This document shows, piece after piece, positions 1 to 17,053 of a stretch of DNA of 64,000 nt. Source of the stretch: the human T2T-CHM13v2.0 reference genome, Homo sapiens; NCBI RefSeq assembly GCF_009914755.1, contig NC_060942.1. One strand, 5' to 3'. The number at the start of each line of letters is the position of its first letter. The first letter of the stretch is position 1. Under the pieces are notes generated by a model. It searched no databases. It was not told where the DNA came from and was given only the letters and a program-made list of their open reading frames with translations. The translations under genes were made by a program, and so were the position numbers.

Positions 1-544
1 GAAGACGATGAGGCCTAGGGGCAGTGGCCATCCAGCAGCCGTATGAACCTAGTGTGCAGATCTTGGTTTCTAAGGCCATTCTCCCATAAAAGGTGCCAGG
101 GCGCCTTGGATAAATGGCTGATGCTAGGACTAGGGCAGGAAATATCCAAGGTAATCTTGGTGCATATTGTTGCCAGAAAGCAAGGAAGTGCTCAACACAT
201 GCACACACGCAAACTCAGACACGCACACTCACACAGCATATGTCAAGAGACACACGAGTCAACTGAAGGGCTCGGAATAGCCAAGTAGGGAACAATGAAA
301 GCAAGAGAACAAACCATGTGGTCCTAGATTATAACCCAAAGTATACAATAAATGTCCATGGGTCCATACCGATATGAAAATGATATCAACAAGTAACTAA
401 ACAAAGCAGAATAGCCAACTGTCCTGTGTAGAAGAATTCAAAATAATTTATACAAATATTCCATTCTCAGGAGGAGGGTCATCACTCCCCACCCTTCAGT
501 GTGGGCTGTGAAGAGGAACTTCCTTCTTAAGAGTACAGCATGGG
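1..544 (+). mobile_element. Ancient L1 3' end (L1MC/L1MD-type), left part; host of the L1PA insertion
   Basis: Motifs cagatcttggtttctaaggccattctcc, aaatggctgatgctaggactagggcagg, gattataacccaaagtata and cttcagtgtgggctg match the recalled L1MC/MD 3'UTR. The same element resumes after 6791. Confidence 0.7.
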
Positions 545-628
545 CAGTGAGACGAGATCACACCACTGCACTCCAGCCTGGTAACAGAATGAGACTACAT
601 CTCAAAAAAAAAAAAAAAAAAAAAAAAA
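545..628 (+). mobile_element. Alu 3' fragment (last ~59 nt of the right arm, AluSc-like) plus A25 tail
   Basis: cagtgagacgagatcacaccactgcactccagcctggtaacagaatgagactacatctc followed by A25 (604-628). cctggtaac equals cctggcgac with CpG decay, the one-G-shorter form typical of AluSc. Confidence 0.85.
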
Positions 629-641
629 GGATGGTTGCTTC

Positions 642-651
642 CAAGATGGCC
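642..651 (+). promoter_or_regulatory. YY1 site of the L1 5'UTR internal promoter
   Basis: CAAGATGGCC at the start of the L1 5'UTR, the established YY1 motif position. Confidence 0.75.
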
Positions 652-1662
652 AAATAGGAACAGCTCTTGTCTGCAGCTCCCAGGGAGATCAACACAGAAG
701 ACAGGTGATTTCTGCATTTCCAACTGAGGTACCTGGTTCATCTCACTGGGACTGGTTGGACTGTAGGTGCAGCCCACAGAGAGCAAGACGAAGCAGAGTG
801 GGGTGTCACATCACCTAGGAAGTGCAAGGGTTCAGGGGATTTCCCTTTTCTAGCCAAGGGAAGCCGTGAGAGACTGTACCTGGAGGAACAGTATACTCTT
901 GCCCAAATACTGTGCTTTTCCCATGGTATTAGCAACTGACAGACCAGGAGATTCCCTCCTGTGCCTGGCTCAGTGTGTCCCATGCCCACAGAGTCTTGCT
1001 CACTGTTAGCGCAGCAGTCTGAGATCAACCTGCTAGGCTGCAGCCTGACAGGGGGAGGAGCATCTGCCATTGCTGAGGCTTGAGTATTAAACAAAGCGGC
1101 TGGGAAGCTTGAACTGGGCAGAGCCCACCGCAGCTCAGCAGTGCCTACTGCCTCTCAAGAATCTACCTCTGTGGGCAGGGCATACCTGAACAAAAGGCAG
1201 CAGACAACATCTGCAGACTTAAACGTCCCTGTCTGACAGCTCTGAAGAGAGTAGTGTTTCTCCCAGCATGGCATTTGAGCTCTGAGAACAGACAGACTGC
1301 CTCCTCAAGCGGGCCTCTGACCCCCATGTAGCCTGTCTAGGGGACACCTCCCAGAAGGGGCCGACAGACACCTCATACAGGCAGGTGCGCCTCTGGGACG
1401 AAGCTTCGAGAGGTAGGAGCAGGCAGCAATATTTGCTGTTCTGCAATATTTGCTGTTCTGCAGCCTCTGCTGGGGAAGACTGAGGGTCTGGAGTGGACCT
1501 CCAGCAAACTCCAACGGACCTGCTGCTGAGGGGCCTGACTGTTAGAAGGAAAACTAACAAACAGAAAAGAATAGCATCAACATCAACAAAAAGGACATCC
1601 AAACCAAAACCCCATCTGTAGGTCACCAACATCAAAGACCAAAGGTAGAATAAACCACAAAG

Positions 1663-2689
1663 ATGGGTAGAAACCAGAGCAGAAAGGCTGAAAATTCCAA
1701 AAACCAGAGTGCCTTTTCTCCTCCAAAGGACTGCAGCTCCTCACCAGCAACAGAACAAAACTGGAGGGTGAATGAGCTTGACGAGTTGACAGAAGTAGGC
1801 TTCAGAAGGTTGGTAATAACAAACTTCTCGGAGCTAAAAGAAGGATGTTTGAACCCATGGCAAGGAAGCTAAAAACCTTGAAAAAAGGTTAGACGAATGG
1901 CTAACTAGAATAAACAGTGTAGAGAAGACCTTAAATGACCTGATGGAGCTAAAAACCGCAGCATGAGAACTTCGTGATGCATGCACAAGCTTCAATAGCC
2001 AATTCGATCAAGTGGAAGAAAGAATATCAGTGACTGAAGATCAAATTAATGAAATAAAGCGAGAAGACAAAATTAGAGAAAAATGAGTGAAAAGAAACGA
2101 ACAAAGCCTCCATGAAATATGCAATTCTGTAAAAAGACCAAATCTCCATTTGATTGGTGTACCTGAAAGTGACAGTGAGAATGGAACCAAGTTAGAAAAC
2201 ACTCTTCAGGATATTATCCAGGAGAACTTCCCAACCTAGAAAGGCGGGCCAACATTCAAATTCAGGAAATACAGAGAACACCACAAAGATACTCCTCTAG
2301 AAGAGCAACCCCAAGACACATAATTGTCAGATTCACCAAGGTTGAAATAAACGGAAAAATGTTAAGGGCAGCCAGAGAGAAAGGTCAGGTTACCCACAAA
2401 GGCAAGCCCATCAGACTAACAGTGCATCTCTCGGCAGAAACCCTACAAGCCAGAAGAGAGTGGGGGCCAATATTCAACATTCTTAAAGAAAAGAATTTTC
2501 AACCCAGAATTTCATCTCCAGCCAAACTAAGCCTTCATAAGTGAAGGAGAAATAAAATCTTTTACAGACAAGCAAATGCTGAGAGATTTTGTAACCACCA
2601 GACCTGCCTTACAAGAGCTCCTGAAGGAAGCACTAAACATGGAAAGGAAGAACCGGTACCTGCCACTGCAAAAACATGCCAAATTATAA
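1663..2689 (+). pseudogene. ORF1: L1 ORF1p (RNA-binding chaperone), disrupted
   Basis: Starts MGRNQSRKAENSKNQS and includes the fragment MLRAAREKGQVTHKGKPIRLT. Frameshifts and stops split it; it ends at TAA 2687-2689. Confidence 0.92.
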
Positions 2690-2752
2690 AGACCATCAGT
2701 GCTATGAAGAAACTGCATCAATTAACAGGCAAAATAACCAGCTAATATCATA

Positions 2753-6552
<3,800 letters not shown>

Positions 6553-6791
6553 ACAATGAGAACACATGGACACAGGGCGAGGAACAGCACACTCTGGGAC
6601 CTGTTGGGGGTTGGAGGGCTGGGGGAGGGATAGCATTAGGAGAAATACCTAATGTAAATGACGAGTTGATGGGTGCAGCAAACCAACATGGCACATGTAT
6701 ACCTATGTAACAAACCTGCACGTTGTGCACATGTACCCTAGAACTTGAAGTATAATAATAATAATAATAATAATAAAGAGTACAGCGTGGG

Positions 6792-7310
6792 ACAGGGAAA
6801 AAAGAGTACTTCACTGTTTTGAAACTTGAGAAAAAATGGAGGTGGTGGTGGTTGACATTACCAGTGACCAGTCCTGCTGATGGTGTGGAGCTTTGCTATG
6901 ACCTGCAGGGATGAATGCTCTGTGATCTTCCTCCTGAGAAGCCCAGAAACCCAACCTAATCATGAGAACTACATCAGACAAGTCCAGATTGACAGACATT
7001 CTGACCAGTTCTCAAAGATGTCAAGGTCATCAAAAACGAGGAATGTCTGTGAAACTCCCACACCTAGGGAGCCCCATGGAACAGGAATGTTAAACATAAC
7101 GTGTCCCGGGTGGGATTCTGGAATACAGAAAGGATACTGGGCAAAAACTAAGAAACCTGAATAAAGAATGGACTTGATTTAACAAAAATGTGTTCAAATC
7201 AACAAGACTTAATAAAAGGGGAAATTGGATGTGGGATAGCAAGAGCTCTCTGTACTATCTGTACATTTTTTTCCTGTAAATATGTTTTCTAAAATAAGTT
7301 TCTTAAAAAT
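6792..7310 (+). mobile_element. Ancient L1 3' end (L1MC/L1MD-type), right part
   Basis: ctaatcatgagaactacatcagacaa, tcaaggtcatcaaaaacgagg, aaaaactaagaaacctgaataaag and ctctctgtactatct continue the element interrupted at 544. Confidence 0.7.
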
Positions 7311-7501
7311 TTTTAAATGTATTATGGTTATGATTTAAAATATTATAATCCATTTAAGAAACATTCTGTAGTTTTTATAAAGGGGTACTATGTCTGGGAT
7401 CTGCTTTGATACACATCAGAGTCACGTGTATGAGGTTATGAATGGAACAAGGTTAACAAAATGAGCTATTGAAGCTGGATAATGGACCTCTTTAAACTAT
7501 C

Positions 7502-7690
7502 TTTTAAAAAATGGCAGATAATACTTGTACATATTTATGGGGTATGTACTGATGTTGTGACACATATCATATAAAGCAATCAGATCAGAGTAATTAGAAT
7601 ATCTATCATCTCAAACATTGATCGTTTTTTTGTATTGGGAACATTCAATATCCTCCTTCTATTTAAAACTATGTATTATTGTTAACTACT
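7502..7690 (-). mobile_element. L1MA-type 3' end fragment
   Basis: tgtacatatttatggggta...atcagatcagagtaattagaatatctatcatctcaaacatt...ttgggaacattcaatatcctccttct is the reverse of the L1MA 3' end. Confidence 0.7.
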
Positions 7691-8233
7691 TTTATGATAA
7701 AATAGTGGTATAATAATACAAAAACCTTGAAAATGAAAGGGCGCAATTCAAAGAAAAAATATTGTAAATAACTAACAAGCATATAGAAAAATGTTTAACT
7801 TATCACAGCACAACTGTCTTTATTAAAGACATACGATCTTTATTAAAGTGACTGAGAAATACTTTACAAGAACGCCGTCTGATCACATGGTATCTATTTG
7901 TCATGCAGCCTACAATAGATATGTAGGCATTGATATGGAAAGACATTCAAGCTCTTTTAAATGGAAAAGACACTGATGAAACAGATTTTAAAATGTGAGG
8001 TGATACTTCTAAATATGTTTGAAAATATGCACAGTAAAATAAAAGTGTAATATATCAATCACATTGTTACCAATGTTTGGGATTGGGATTAGAAGGAATC
8101 ATGTTTCATTTAATAAAATATTTCACTTAAAAAGAATGGGATTCAATACCATAAAATAAAATTAAAATCCAAAGAAAACATGTGTATTGCAGGATTATTT
8201 ACTTAAAAAAACAACTGAATGGAACTAAGACAC

Positions 8234-9126
8234 CCAGAATCTACAAAGAACTCAAACAAATTTACAAGAAAAAAACAAACAACCCCATCAAAAAGTGGGC
8301 AAAGGATATGAACAGACACTTCTCAAAAGAAGACATTTATGCAGCCAAAAGACACATGGAAAAATGCTCATCATCACTGGCCATCAGAGAAATGCAAATC
8401 AAAACCACAATTAGATACCATCTCACACCAGTTAGAATGGCGAACATTAAAAAGTCGGGAAAAAACAGGTGCTGGAGAGGATGTGGAGAAATAGGAACAC
8501 TTTTACACTGTTGGTGGGACTGTAAACTAGTTCAACCATTGTGGAAGTCAGTGTGGCAATTCCTCAGGGATCTAGAACTAGAAATACCATTTGACCCAGC
8601 AATCCCATTACTGGGTATATACCCAAAGGATTATAAATCATGCTGCTCTAAAGACACATGCACACGTATGTTTATTGCGGCACTATTCACAATAGCAAAG
8701 ACTTGGAACCAACCCAAATGTCCAACAATGATAGATTGGATTAAGAAAATGTGGCACATATACACCATGGAATACTATGCAGCCATAAAAAATGATGAGT
8801 TCATGTCTTTTGTAGGGACATGGATGAAGCTGGAAACCATCATTCTCAGCAAACTATCACAAGGACAAAAAACCAAACACCGCATGTTCTCACTCATAGG
8901 CGGGAATTGAACAATGAGAACACTTGGACACAGGAAGGGGAACATCACACCCCAGGTCCTGTTGTGGGGTGGGGGGAGAGGGGAGGGATAGCATTAGGAG
9001 ATATACCTGATGTAAATGACGAGTTAATGGGTGCAGCACACCAACATGGCACATGTATACATATGTAACAAACCTGCATGTTGTGCACATGTACCCTAAA
9101 ACTTAAAGTATAATAATAAAAAAAAA
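8234..9126 (+). mobile_element. 5'-truncated LINE-1 (L1PA4/5-like)
   Basis: ORF2 C-terminus in frame ([20 protein letters not shown]), 3'UTR and poly-A. TSD GAACTAAGACAC at 8222-8233 and 9127-9138. Confidence 0.95.
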
Positions 9127-9359
9127 GAACTAAGACACTTGTCAAAATTAAAATGTACAGCAATTATTGTGTGTGTGTGAAGCATCGGGCTGCAACTCTG
9201 AGCCAACTAGTTCCGGACCAGCTGCTGATCTTAGAGTTTATTGCAGTAGAAATAGATGTTCATAAGACATTGCCTCAAATGTGTATTGGCAAATTATGGC
9301 ACTATGAGGAAAAAAAATGACCTTGAGAGAATCCTTCAGGTAATCCTGACTTTCCCTGG

Positions 9360-9716
9360 TCATATGATTTGGCTGTGTCCCCACCCAAATCTCATCTTGA
9401 ATTGTAGCTCCCATAATTCCCTCATGTTGTGGGAGGGACCCCGTGGGAGATAATTGAATCATGAGGGCAGTTTCCCTCATATGTTCTGATGGTAGTTAAT
9501 AAGTCTCATGAGATTTGATGGTTTTATAAGGGGAACCCCTTTAGCTTGGCTCTCATTCTCTTTGCTTGTCTGCCACCATGTGAGATTTGCCTTTTGCCTT
9601 CTGTCATGATTGCCTCACCAGCCACGTGAAAATCTGAGTCCATTAAACCTCTTTCTTTTGTAAATTGCCCAGTCTCAGGTATGCCTTTATCAGCAGTGTG
9701 AAAATAGACTAATACA
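9360..9716 (+). mobile_element. Solo MaLR LTR, THE1C-like
   Basis: Runs from tcatatgatttggctgtgtccccacccaaatctc to gactaataca. 5-bp TSD CCTGG at 9355-9359 and 9717-9721. Confidence 0.9.
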
Positions 9717-9789
9717 CCTGGGAATAAAACTAGTCTTTTTTGAAGATGTGAAAATTGAGCCAAGTTGTGAAGTTCAAATGAATTTCAGG

Positions 9790-9968
9790 CAGTGGTTTTC
9801 AAAGTGTGGTCCCTGGACCACCAGCATCACCATCTCCCAGGAACGTGGTAGAGCAGCAGACTCCAGGATCGCACTGCAGACTTACAGAATCTGCCACTCA
9901 GGGTGGGGCCCAGGGTCCTCTGTGCTAATATCCAGATGATTCAGATGCAGGTTGAGTTTAGGGCGAAA
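9790..9968. mobile_element. MER5A (hAT-Charlie) DNA transposon
   Basis: cagtggttttcaaagtgtggtccctggaccaccagcatcaccatc...cagaatctg...gggtggggccc matches recalled MER5A. Confidence 0.75.
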
Positions 9969-11699
9969 GAGCTTGGGTGAAGGTAAAAAGAGCTTCAGGT
10001 AGACCTTTGGATAATTATATATGTAAAGACACTTCTGTGAATAAAATGTTGTATTTTCTTTGAGTTCAATTGAATAGTGACATTTGTTTATTTTCTTGTG
10101 TTCTTCACAAGGATCTTGCAACTATATTTATAAAACTAGGGCACAATGAAATTAAATGCCTGCTTTCAATTTAATGAGAAATTTCTTTTCAATTCTCCTT
10201 CTTGCAGATTAGCATTTAACATTCAAACATAAACAATATACAATAAATAATAAAAAATGATAGGTAATTCAACTGAGCTAAAGAAAGGTAATGGAATCTG
10301 AAACCTCCTCTTAATGGGATCCATTATATGACCACAAATACAGTTCCACCCAAGAACCAGGAATATAAATGCAAGACTATAGATTTAAGAAAACAATTTG
10401 CTGTCTACAAAAAGAAAAAAACCTTAAAAATTGATAAATATGCATGGATGGGGGCCATCAATCTGTTGCCATTAGAGCTGAATCTAGACACAGGACCCGC
10501 TGTTTCTCCTAAGAGATGCTCTCCTTAAGTATCAAGTCACATTGCTGACCAAACATTACATTTACTTCCTTTGACTGGGTTAATTTATGGTTGAGAGAGT
10601 GCTGTTGGCTTTTCCTGCTAAGGAATATTTGATACTTATGTTACAAGACTGACGTACTCATCCATGAATGTATTCACTTACTCGCAAGTATTTATTAATG
10701 GTCTATGTGCGGGGCACTTTATATGTTATTCTACTAGATATAAACATTAGTAAAACATGATTAATTTCCTCTATAAATTCATAGTCTAACACAAAATAAA
10801 ATATACTCAGAACTTATATACGCCTAAGTAGATAAATGAATGAAAATCGGAATTTAAACAAGCAAAGAAAGAAACCAGAAAGAAGACACACCAATCTGAA
10901 AGCTGATAAATATTAACATGGGAGGCAGAAGCAACATAAGCATTTTTTACTTTGTAGTGGGAATGAAATGGGGATATTTACATGGTTACATTTAATGGGT
11001 CAATTATCTTATGGTTTATGCACAGAATAAGCTCTGGCTTAAAACGGATCCACAGATCCATTACAGGGCTCCACTGAAAAGATTATGCTTGCAAACTTCA
11101 ATTTCTCTTCTTGTATAAGAGCCTCAGTAGATTGATATTATATCTGGAATTTCAATAAGATGCAAAATAATGTCAAAGGTAGCACTTACTCTCAGTGAAG
11201 TACTCCATAGAATTGAACCCTGTGTGATATTGGTCTACAGCTTGGTAGCTGTAGATTGCAGCACTCATAGTGATTGCAAATCTCTCTTCATAAGATTTCT
11301 AATTCCCTGTTAATACCTAAATGGAACTTCAAAGGCAGGGAGGCTTAATTGTCTCTCTGTAATTTAATACTTCTCTGAGGGACTTGATAAGCTTTAGAAA
11401 CTATGTGAGAGCAGTCCTATTTCTGTTGTAAATTAAATATAGGCGATTAAGCTTGAGATGTTTTTCCCATGGTATATGTCTTTTCACCAATGTGTTATTT
11501 AAAATATGATTGTGTCTTTGGATTTCAGTTCCCAAACAGGACCTGTTCCTTTGAAGATCATCCGCACCGTGAAGATGCCCAGTTCAATGGGTGTGGCTGG
11601 GATCACGTATTGCAATAACACAAACAAAAGGAGTTTAAACATGTAATATTCCTATCACCTGAATTATTAAGATAAAATGTCATTTAACTGGAAGGATTC

Positions 11700-11915
11700 C
11701 TGGATATTGTAAGAGAACACGCAGGTCTAGTTCATTCGATTGTTCACATACAGTCCCGTGCACCGTGTGTCAGCATAGGCGAATGGGAAGTTTGCGCGTT
11801 GAGTGGGGTGTGAATGGAGAATTTGCCCAAGAGACTTGACCAGCCGTGTTCCCTGCTGTCATCTCAGTATCTATAACAGCATCGGCACATGGCAAGCATT
11901 CCATTGAATGAATGG
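11700..11915 (+). mobile_element. L2 3'-end remnants
   Basis: Degenerate L2 tail motifs: tgttcac...cagtcccgtgcaccgtgtgtcagcatagg and ctcagtatctataacagcatcggcacatggcaagcattccattgaatgaatg. Confidence 0.5.
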
Positions 11916-12094
11916 ATGACTCCACAGAAAGATATCAAAAGCACAAAGAGTCTTTAGTGGCCAATGGGGTTTTTATCGAATCCGCTTAAGGACTTTGTCA
12001 AGAGCAGAGAAGTTCCAAGGAGTTTTGTTTGGCTCATGGCTTTTCTGTAGACCTCTTGTTGGCCCTCGAGGTGCAGCTGATATTTGTGAAGGTA

Positions 12095-12612
12095 AGCATG
12101 GTAGGTGGAATTCTGAGAGGGCCCCCAAGGCGCCCCAGCCCTGAATTAAACGCCCTGTGTGGTGCCCGCCCTGAGTGCAGGTGGGGGCTGTGACCGTGAC
12201 GGTGCATGGCTCCCATGGTTACACTGCGGGCTGCAGTAAGAATTTTTTGCTGGGCTTGAAGAGACCACCGGCCTTACAGGGACCTGCTGTGGAGGCCACA
12301 GGGCAGGGACTCGAGGTTGTCCTCCAGGAGCTGAGGGCGGTCGGCAGCCTACAGCTGTCGAGGACATGGAAACTCAGCCCTACGGCCACAGGCAATGGCT
12401 CTGCTGATGCCAATGAGCCTGGAAGAGGACCCTGAGCCTCAGATGGGAGGGACACTCGAGCCAGCCCCTTGACTTCAGCCCGGTGAGACCCAGGAGGACC
12501 TAGCAACTCACACTCAGCCTCCTGACCCAGGGAAGCTGGGAACTGATCAGTGTGTTGTTGTAAACACTAAATTTGCAGTCATTTGTTATGCAGCAAAAGG
12601 GAAAAAAAATAG
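12095..12612 (+). mobile_element. MaLR LTR, MLT1 family (MLT1D/E-like)
   Basis: ctccaggagctgagggcgg, aatgagcctggaagagga and the terminal tgttgttgtaaacactaaatttgcagtcatttgttatgcagcaa. Confidence 0.75.
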
Positions 12613-12652
12613 ACGTATCCGGATATGTTCAACTTAAAAAGACGCCCACCTA

Positions 12653-13104
<452 letters not shown>

Positions 13105-13113
<9 letters not shown>

Positions 13114-13228
13114 CTCTAGTCTCCCATGCAGCCAGCTCTGCGTGAATTACTCCTCATTGCAATCCCTGTGTCTTGAGAAATCAGCTCTGTCTAGAAAGCA
13201 TGCGAGGTGAACCCACTGGGCAGTTACA
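13105..13228 (+). mobile_element. ERV1 LTR8 3' fragment
   Basis: ctctgcgtgaattactc...aatcagctctgtctag...ggtgaacccactgggcagttaca. It is homologous to the reverse complement of 13997-14120 within this window. Confidence 0.8.
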
Positions 13229-13539
13229 AATTATGGGAAAATATACAGGAAAAGATGAGGGAACACAGGCAGCATGACGGAAATAAGGAGACCTCAGGAA
13301 AGTTGCGATCCAGCTTATCAGAGCCTGCAGATGCTTAAGGTTTTATTTCTTTACTGTGAATGCCTTTGCATAACAGAGAGCTCGGAGAAAGAATTTACCA
13401 GGAGGACATGGTTGATATCCTGTCTCATAATGCTAACTTGTACTTGCCCAGCCTTCAAAAATAGATATTTGGGAGGAGAAGGTGATTGTTCGTTCAACAG
13501 AGTTTTCCTGAGTGTAGATTGAACCTGTTTTTATAGCTG

Positions 13540-14990
13540 TATTGGGGAGAAAATGATGCCCTAAAGTGGAAACCTCAGAAGCAAAGTCTCCCTCTGACAT
13601 TCTCCTGCCCTCCTGTCTCGGATCCTCATTCTCCCCCAAGGCCACCATAGAAACTAGAATCCATCTTTTCCAAAGTGGGTCATAGAAAACAGAACCTCTT
13701 TTCTCAAAGCCAGTCATAAAACCTACAATAATTACTCTAATGTCTCCCTGCCCTTCTGGGTAAGAGTTGGCCTTAAATAAACTATCTGACCTAATTTGCT
13801 TGACTGTAGGTTCTAAGACCCTCATTCCAGAGAGGGTCCTGCCCCATGCTTGGGATGAAGAAAACTACACAGACGGGCCTAGAAGACTGAGCAGACAGGC
13901 CTTGTGGGTGTAGCTGCCCCAAGGGTTCACCTTGCTTGGGATGAAGGAAACTGCACAGAGGGGCCTAGAAGACTCTGAGCAGACAGGCCTTGCGGGTGTA
14001 GCTGCTGCGTGGGTTCACCTGGCCTGCTGCCTAGACAGAGCTGATTTATCGAGACAGGGGAATTGCAATCAAGAGTAATTCATGCAGAGCTGGCTGTGCA
14101 GGAGATAGGAGTTCCACTATTATTTAAATCAGCCTCCCTGAGTATTCGGGGATCAGAGGTTTTAAGGATAATTTCATGGATAGGGGGCAGCCAGTGAGTC
14201 AGGAATGCTGATTGGCTGGGTCAGAGATGAAATGATAGGGAATCAAAGCTGTCTTGCACTGAGTCAGTTCCTGGGTAGAGGCCGCAAGATCAGATGAGGC
14301 AGTTTATGGATCTGGGTGATGCCAGCTTTTCCATCGAGTGCAGGGTCTGCAAAAAGCCTCAAGCGCTGATCCAAAAGCCCCAAAAGCAATTTGGGGAGGG
14401 TCAGAATCTTGAAGCCTCCAATTGCATGACCCCTAAGCCATAATTTCTAATCTTTTGGTTAATTTGTTAGTCTTACAAAGGCAGTCTAGTTCCCAGGCAA
14501 GAAGGGGGTTTATTTTGGAAAAAGGCTGTTACTGTCTTTGTTTTAAACTAAAAGCTAAGTTCCTCCCAAAGTTAGTTCAGCCTACACCCAGAAATGAACA
14601 AGGACAGCTTGCAGGTCGGAAGCAAGATGGAGTTGGTTAGGTCAGATCTCTTTCCCCGCCTCGGTTATAATTTTGCAGTGGCGGTTTTGATGGGTTTCCC
14701 CCTACAGCCTATTACTCCTAGATGCTGGTAGTCTATGATTTATTAGATTATACCGCTTTTGTCCCAGCCCACTTCTACACAGCTGGCTCTGCTTCATTGA
14801 ACCTAAGCATAAAATCAGACCACTTCCTCCATATCTTTGGGTCTTTGATCCGAAAGCTTCTGTGTCACATAAAATTATGATTACATAAATGTGTTCTGCT
14901 TTTCTCTTGTTAGCCTGTTTTTGGCTATAGTGGTGTTGGTCATGGCCCTTAGGCTGAGTGAGGAAATGGATCACGTCTTTCTGCCACTGA
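13540..14990 (+). mobile_element. ERV1 LTR MER39-like, split by the LTR8 insertion
   Basis: cctcagaagcaaagtctccctctgac...catagaaactagaatc...cagacaggccttg, then resumes at 14691 tgggtttcccc...gtgtcacataaaatt...gagtgaggaaa. Confidence 0.7.
13997..14690 (-). mobile_element. Solo ERV1 LTR8
   Basis: Runs from tgtagc...gggttcacctggcctgctgcctagacagagc to aattttgcagtggcggttttga. 4-bp TSD (t/c)ggg at 13993-13996 and 14691-14694. Confidence 0.82.
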
Positions 14991-16755
14991 AATTTGAAGT
15001 GGGAGAGACTTCAGCTGAATTCCACACTCAGTGCAATGTGTGAAGGGCATATTTATTTTCAAATGGAAGATATGAACATTTCTAGAGTGTGCCCAAATGT
15101 GCAAGCTATACATTTTACATAATATTTCTTAAAATTATATAGTTTATTGCCATTTAAAAATATGTGAATGAGATGTTTGTTAGAAACTTAACAGCTTTAC
15201 ATTTGAAATGCATTTGCAAACAATAGAAATATCATCTAACCAAATGACAATTTTAGGTTTGTTCACATTCTCTTCTTCACTTACATGAAACAACTATCAA
15301 TTTCACTCCAATGTAACCATACAAACAATAGAATTCTGCAAAGAAAGAAAAGAAGAGAAAAGTAAAGAGAACATCCGAGAACCACATTCAAGATTCACAC
15401 ATTCAAGTGAGATTTGGTAGGAAAAACAGGTTCTTTATTGGGTTAAAGCAGAATTGAACCCGGGGGAGCAATCTGATGGGGGATTATTGAGAGGTGATTT
15501 TCCTACTGCAGAATGGCCAATCCTGTTTTAAACCTTGAAGACTGATTTGTCCCAATAGCTTCCTTGCCTGGAAAACTGTCTCGTTTCAGGTTATTACAAT
15601 CAAAGCAGTTGACCAGAAAAGCTCTAGAAATATTTAAAGTTACTGTGTAGAAGTTCTTCCAAACTTATAAATTGAATAGTTTTTCTCATTTTACTTTGGG
15701 CTTTGAAAAATTATTTAATAATTGTTTTTGAAATATACTAAAAAATACACAAAAAGGAGACTGAAGCTGGTCTGGTAAAGATGCAACAACTTTATTTAAT
15801 TTTATATCCTGTCAAGTGTATCTCCATGCATTGGTTTCTTAAAAGCAGCATAACTGATCATTGATTCTTTAGGAACATAATAATAAAGTAAGGCATTTTT
15901 GTTAATTGCATAAAATTTTCCAGATGACCCTTTTCTTAAAAAAAGAAGCAGCAGTTGATGTTCATGCCTGGAAAATTCTATGAAAGACAATATATTCTCA
16001 GTTTATAAAATGAATGTTCTTCATGGCGTGTTTGAGATTTCAGTATTAGAAATGTGCTTTTAAAATTTTTGGCTTTGATGCCCTCCTAGAGAATCCTTAA
16101 TTCACGGTAACTTCATGGCCTTTTGCAGCAAACTCAATTACATTTCCAGCATTAAATACTTTTCAGCCAACTGAGATGATAAACATGACTTTAAACCTTG
16201 CAGTAATGACAGCCTCCAAGTTTCCATTTTCTCTGATTGAATGAACCCAGTAAAAATAGACTTTGAAAATTTCTCTGTTGATGTCACAGGTTCAAACATT
16301 ATATAAAGGACTCCAAATGTTGTATACTTTAAATTAAATATAGGTAAGAACTATAAGTAAACACAGTGGTAAAGGAAATTGTCTTGGAGAGATCAAGGTT
16401 AGGAGGAAAAATAAACCCACAACAGAAAAGAAAGTGTCTCTTATTCTACAACCAAAGATTAATGTTGGGACAGCAAGATCACTGTGAGATACTTGTAGCC
16501 AATCATCCTGTTTGGTCTATTTTATAAAAACTCTCATTTATTTTGGTATTGTATCCATGATAAATGTTTCTTTTAGAAGAAGTACACTCTACGTGGTGTG
16601 AAGGTTTCCCAAGAGGTCCAGCAAGGCCTTACTAAGTGTGGGCATGCGTTATCACCTAACCTCTATTCTCTATAACAATATTTCTATTTTAAAAGAAGCA
16701 TGTCTTTATTTTAGGAATGTGATAAGCACACTGGCTGAGTGGGAAGTGTGTCTAG

Positions 16756-17053
<298 letters not shown>

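Noticed and set aside
1426-1462. Tandem gcaatatttgctgttct duplication in the L1 5'UTR
   Set aside because: I recall this as a shared variant of L1PA6-age 5'UTRs rather than a locus-specific event.
8182-8910. 242-aa ORF with a Cys-rich motif
   Set aside because: It is the C-terminus of L1 ORF2p in a truncated L1PA, extended by chance into flanking DNA from a GTG. It is not a cellular gene.
8964-8990. G-rich tract with G-quadruplex potential (also ~6605-6630)
   Set aside because: Standard L1 3'UTR polypurine tract.
11506-11600. Possible exon after tttggatttcag
   Set aside because: The acceptor is moderate, there is no convincing donor and no coding signal, so support is insufficient.
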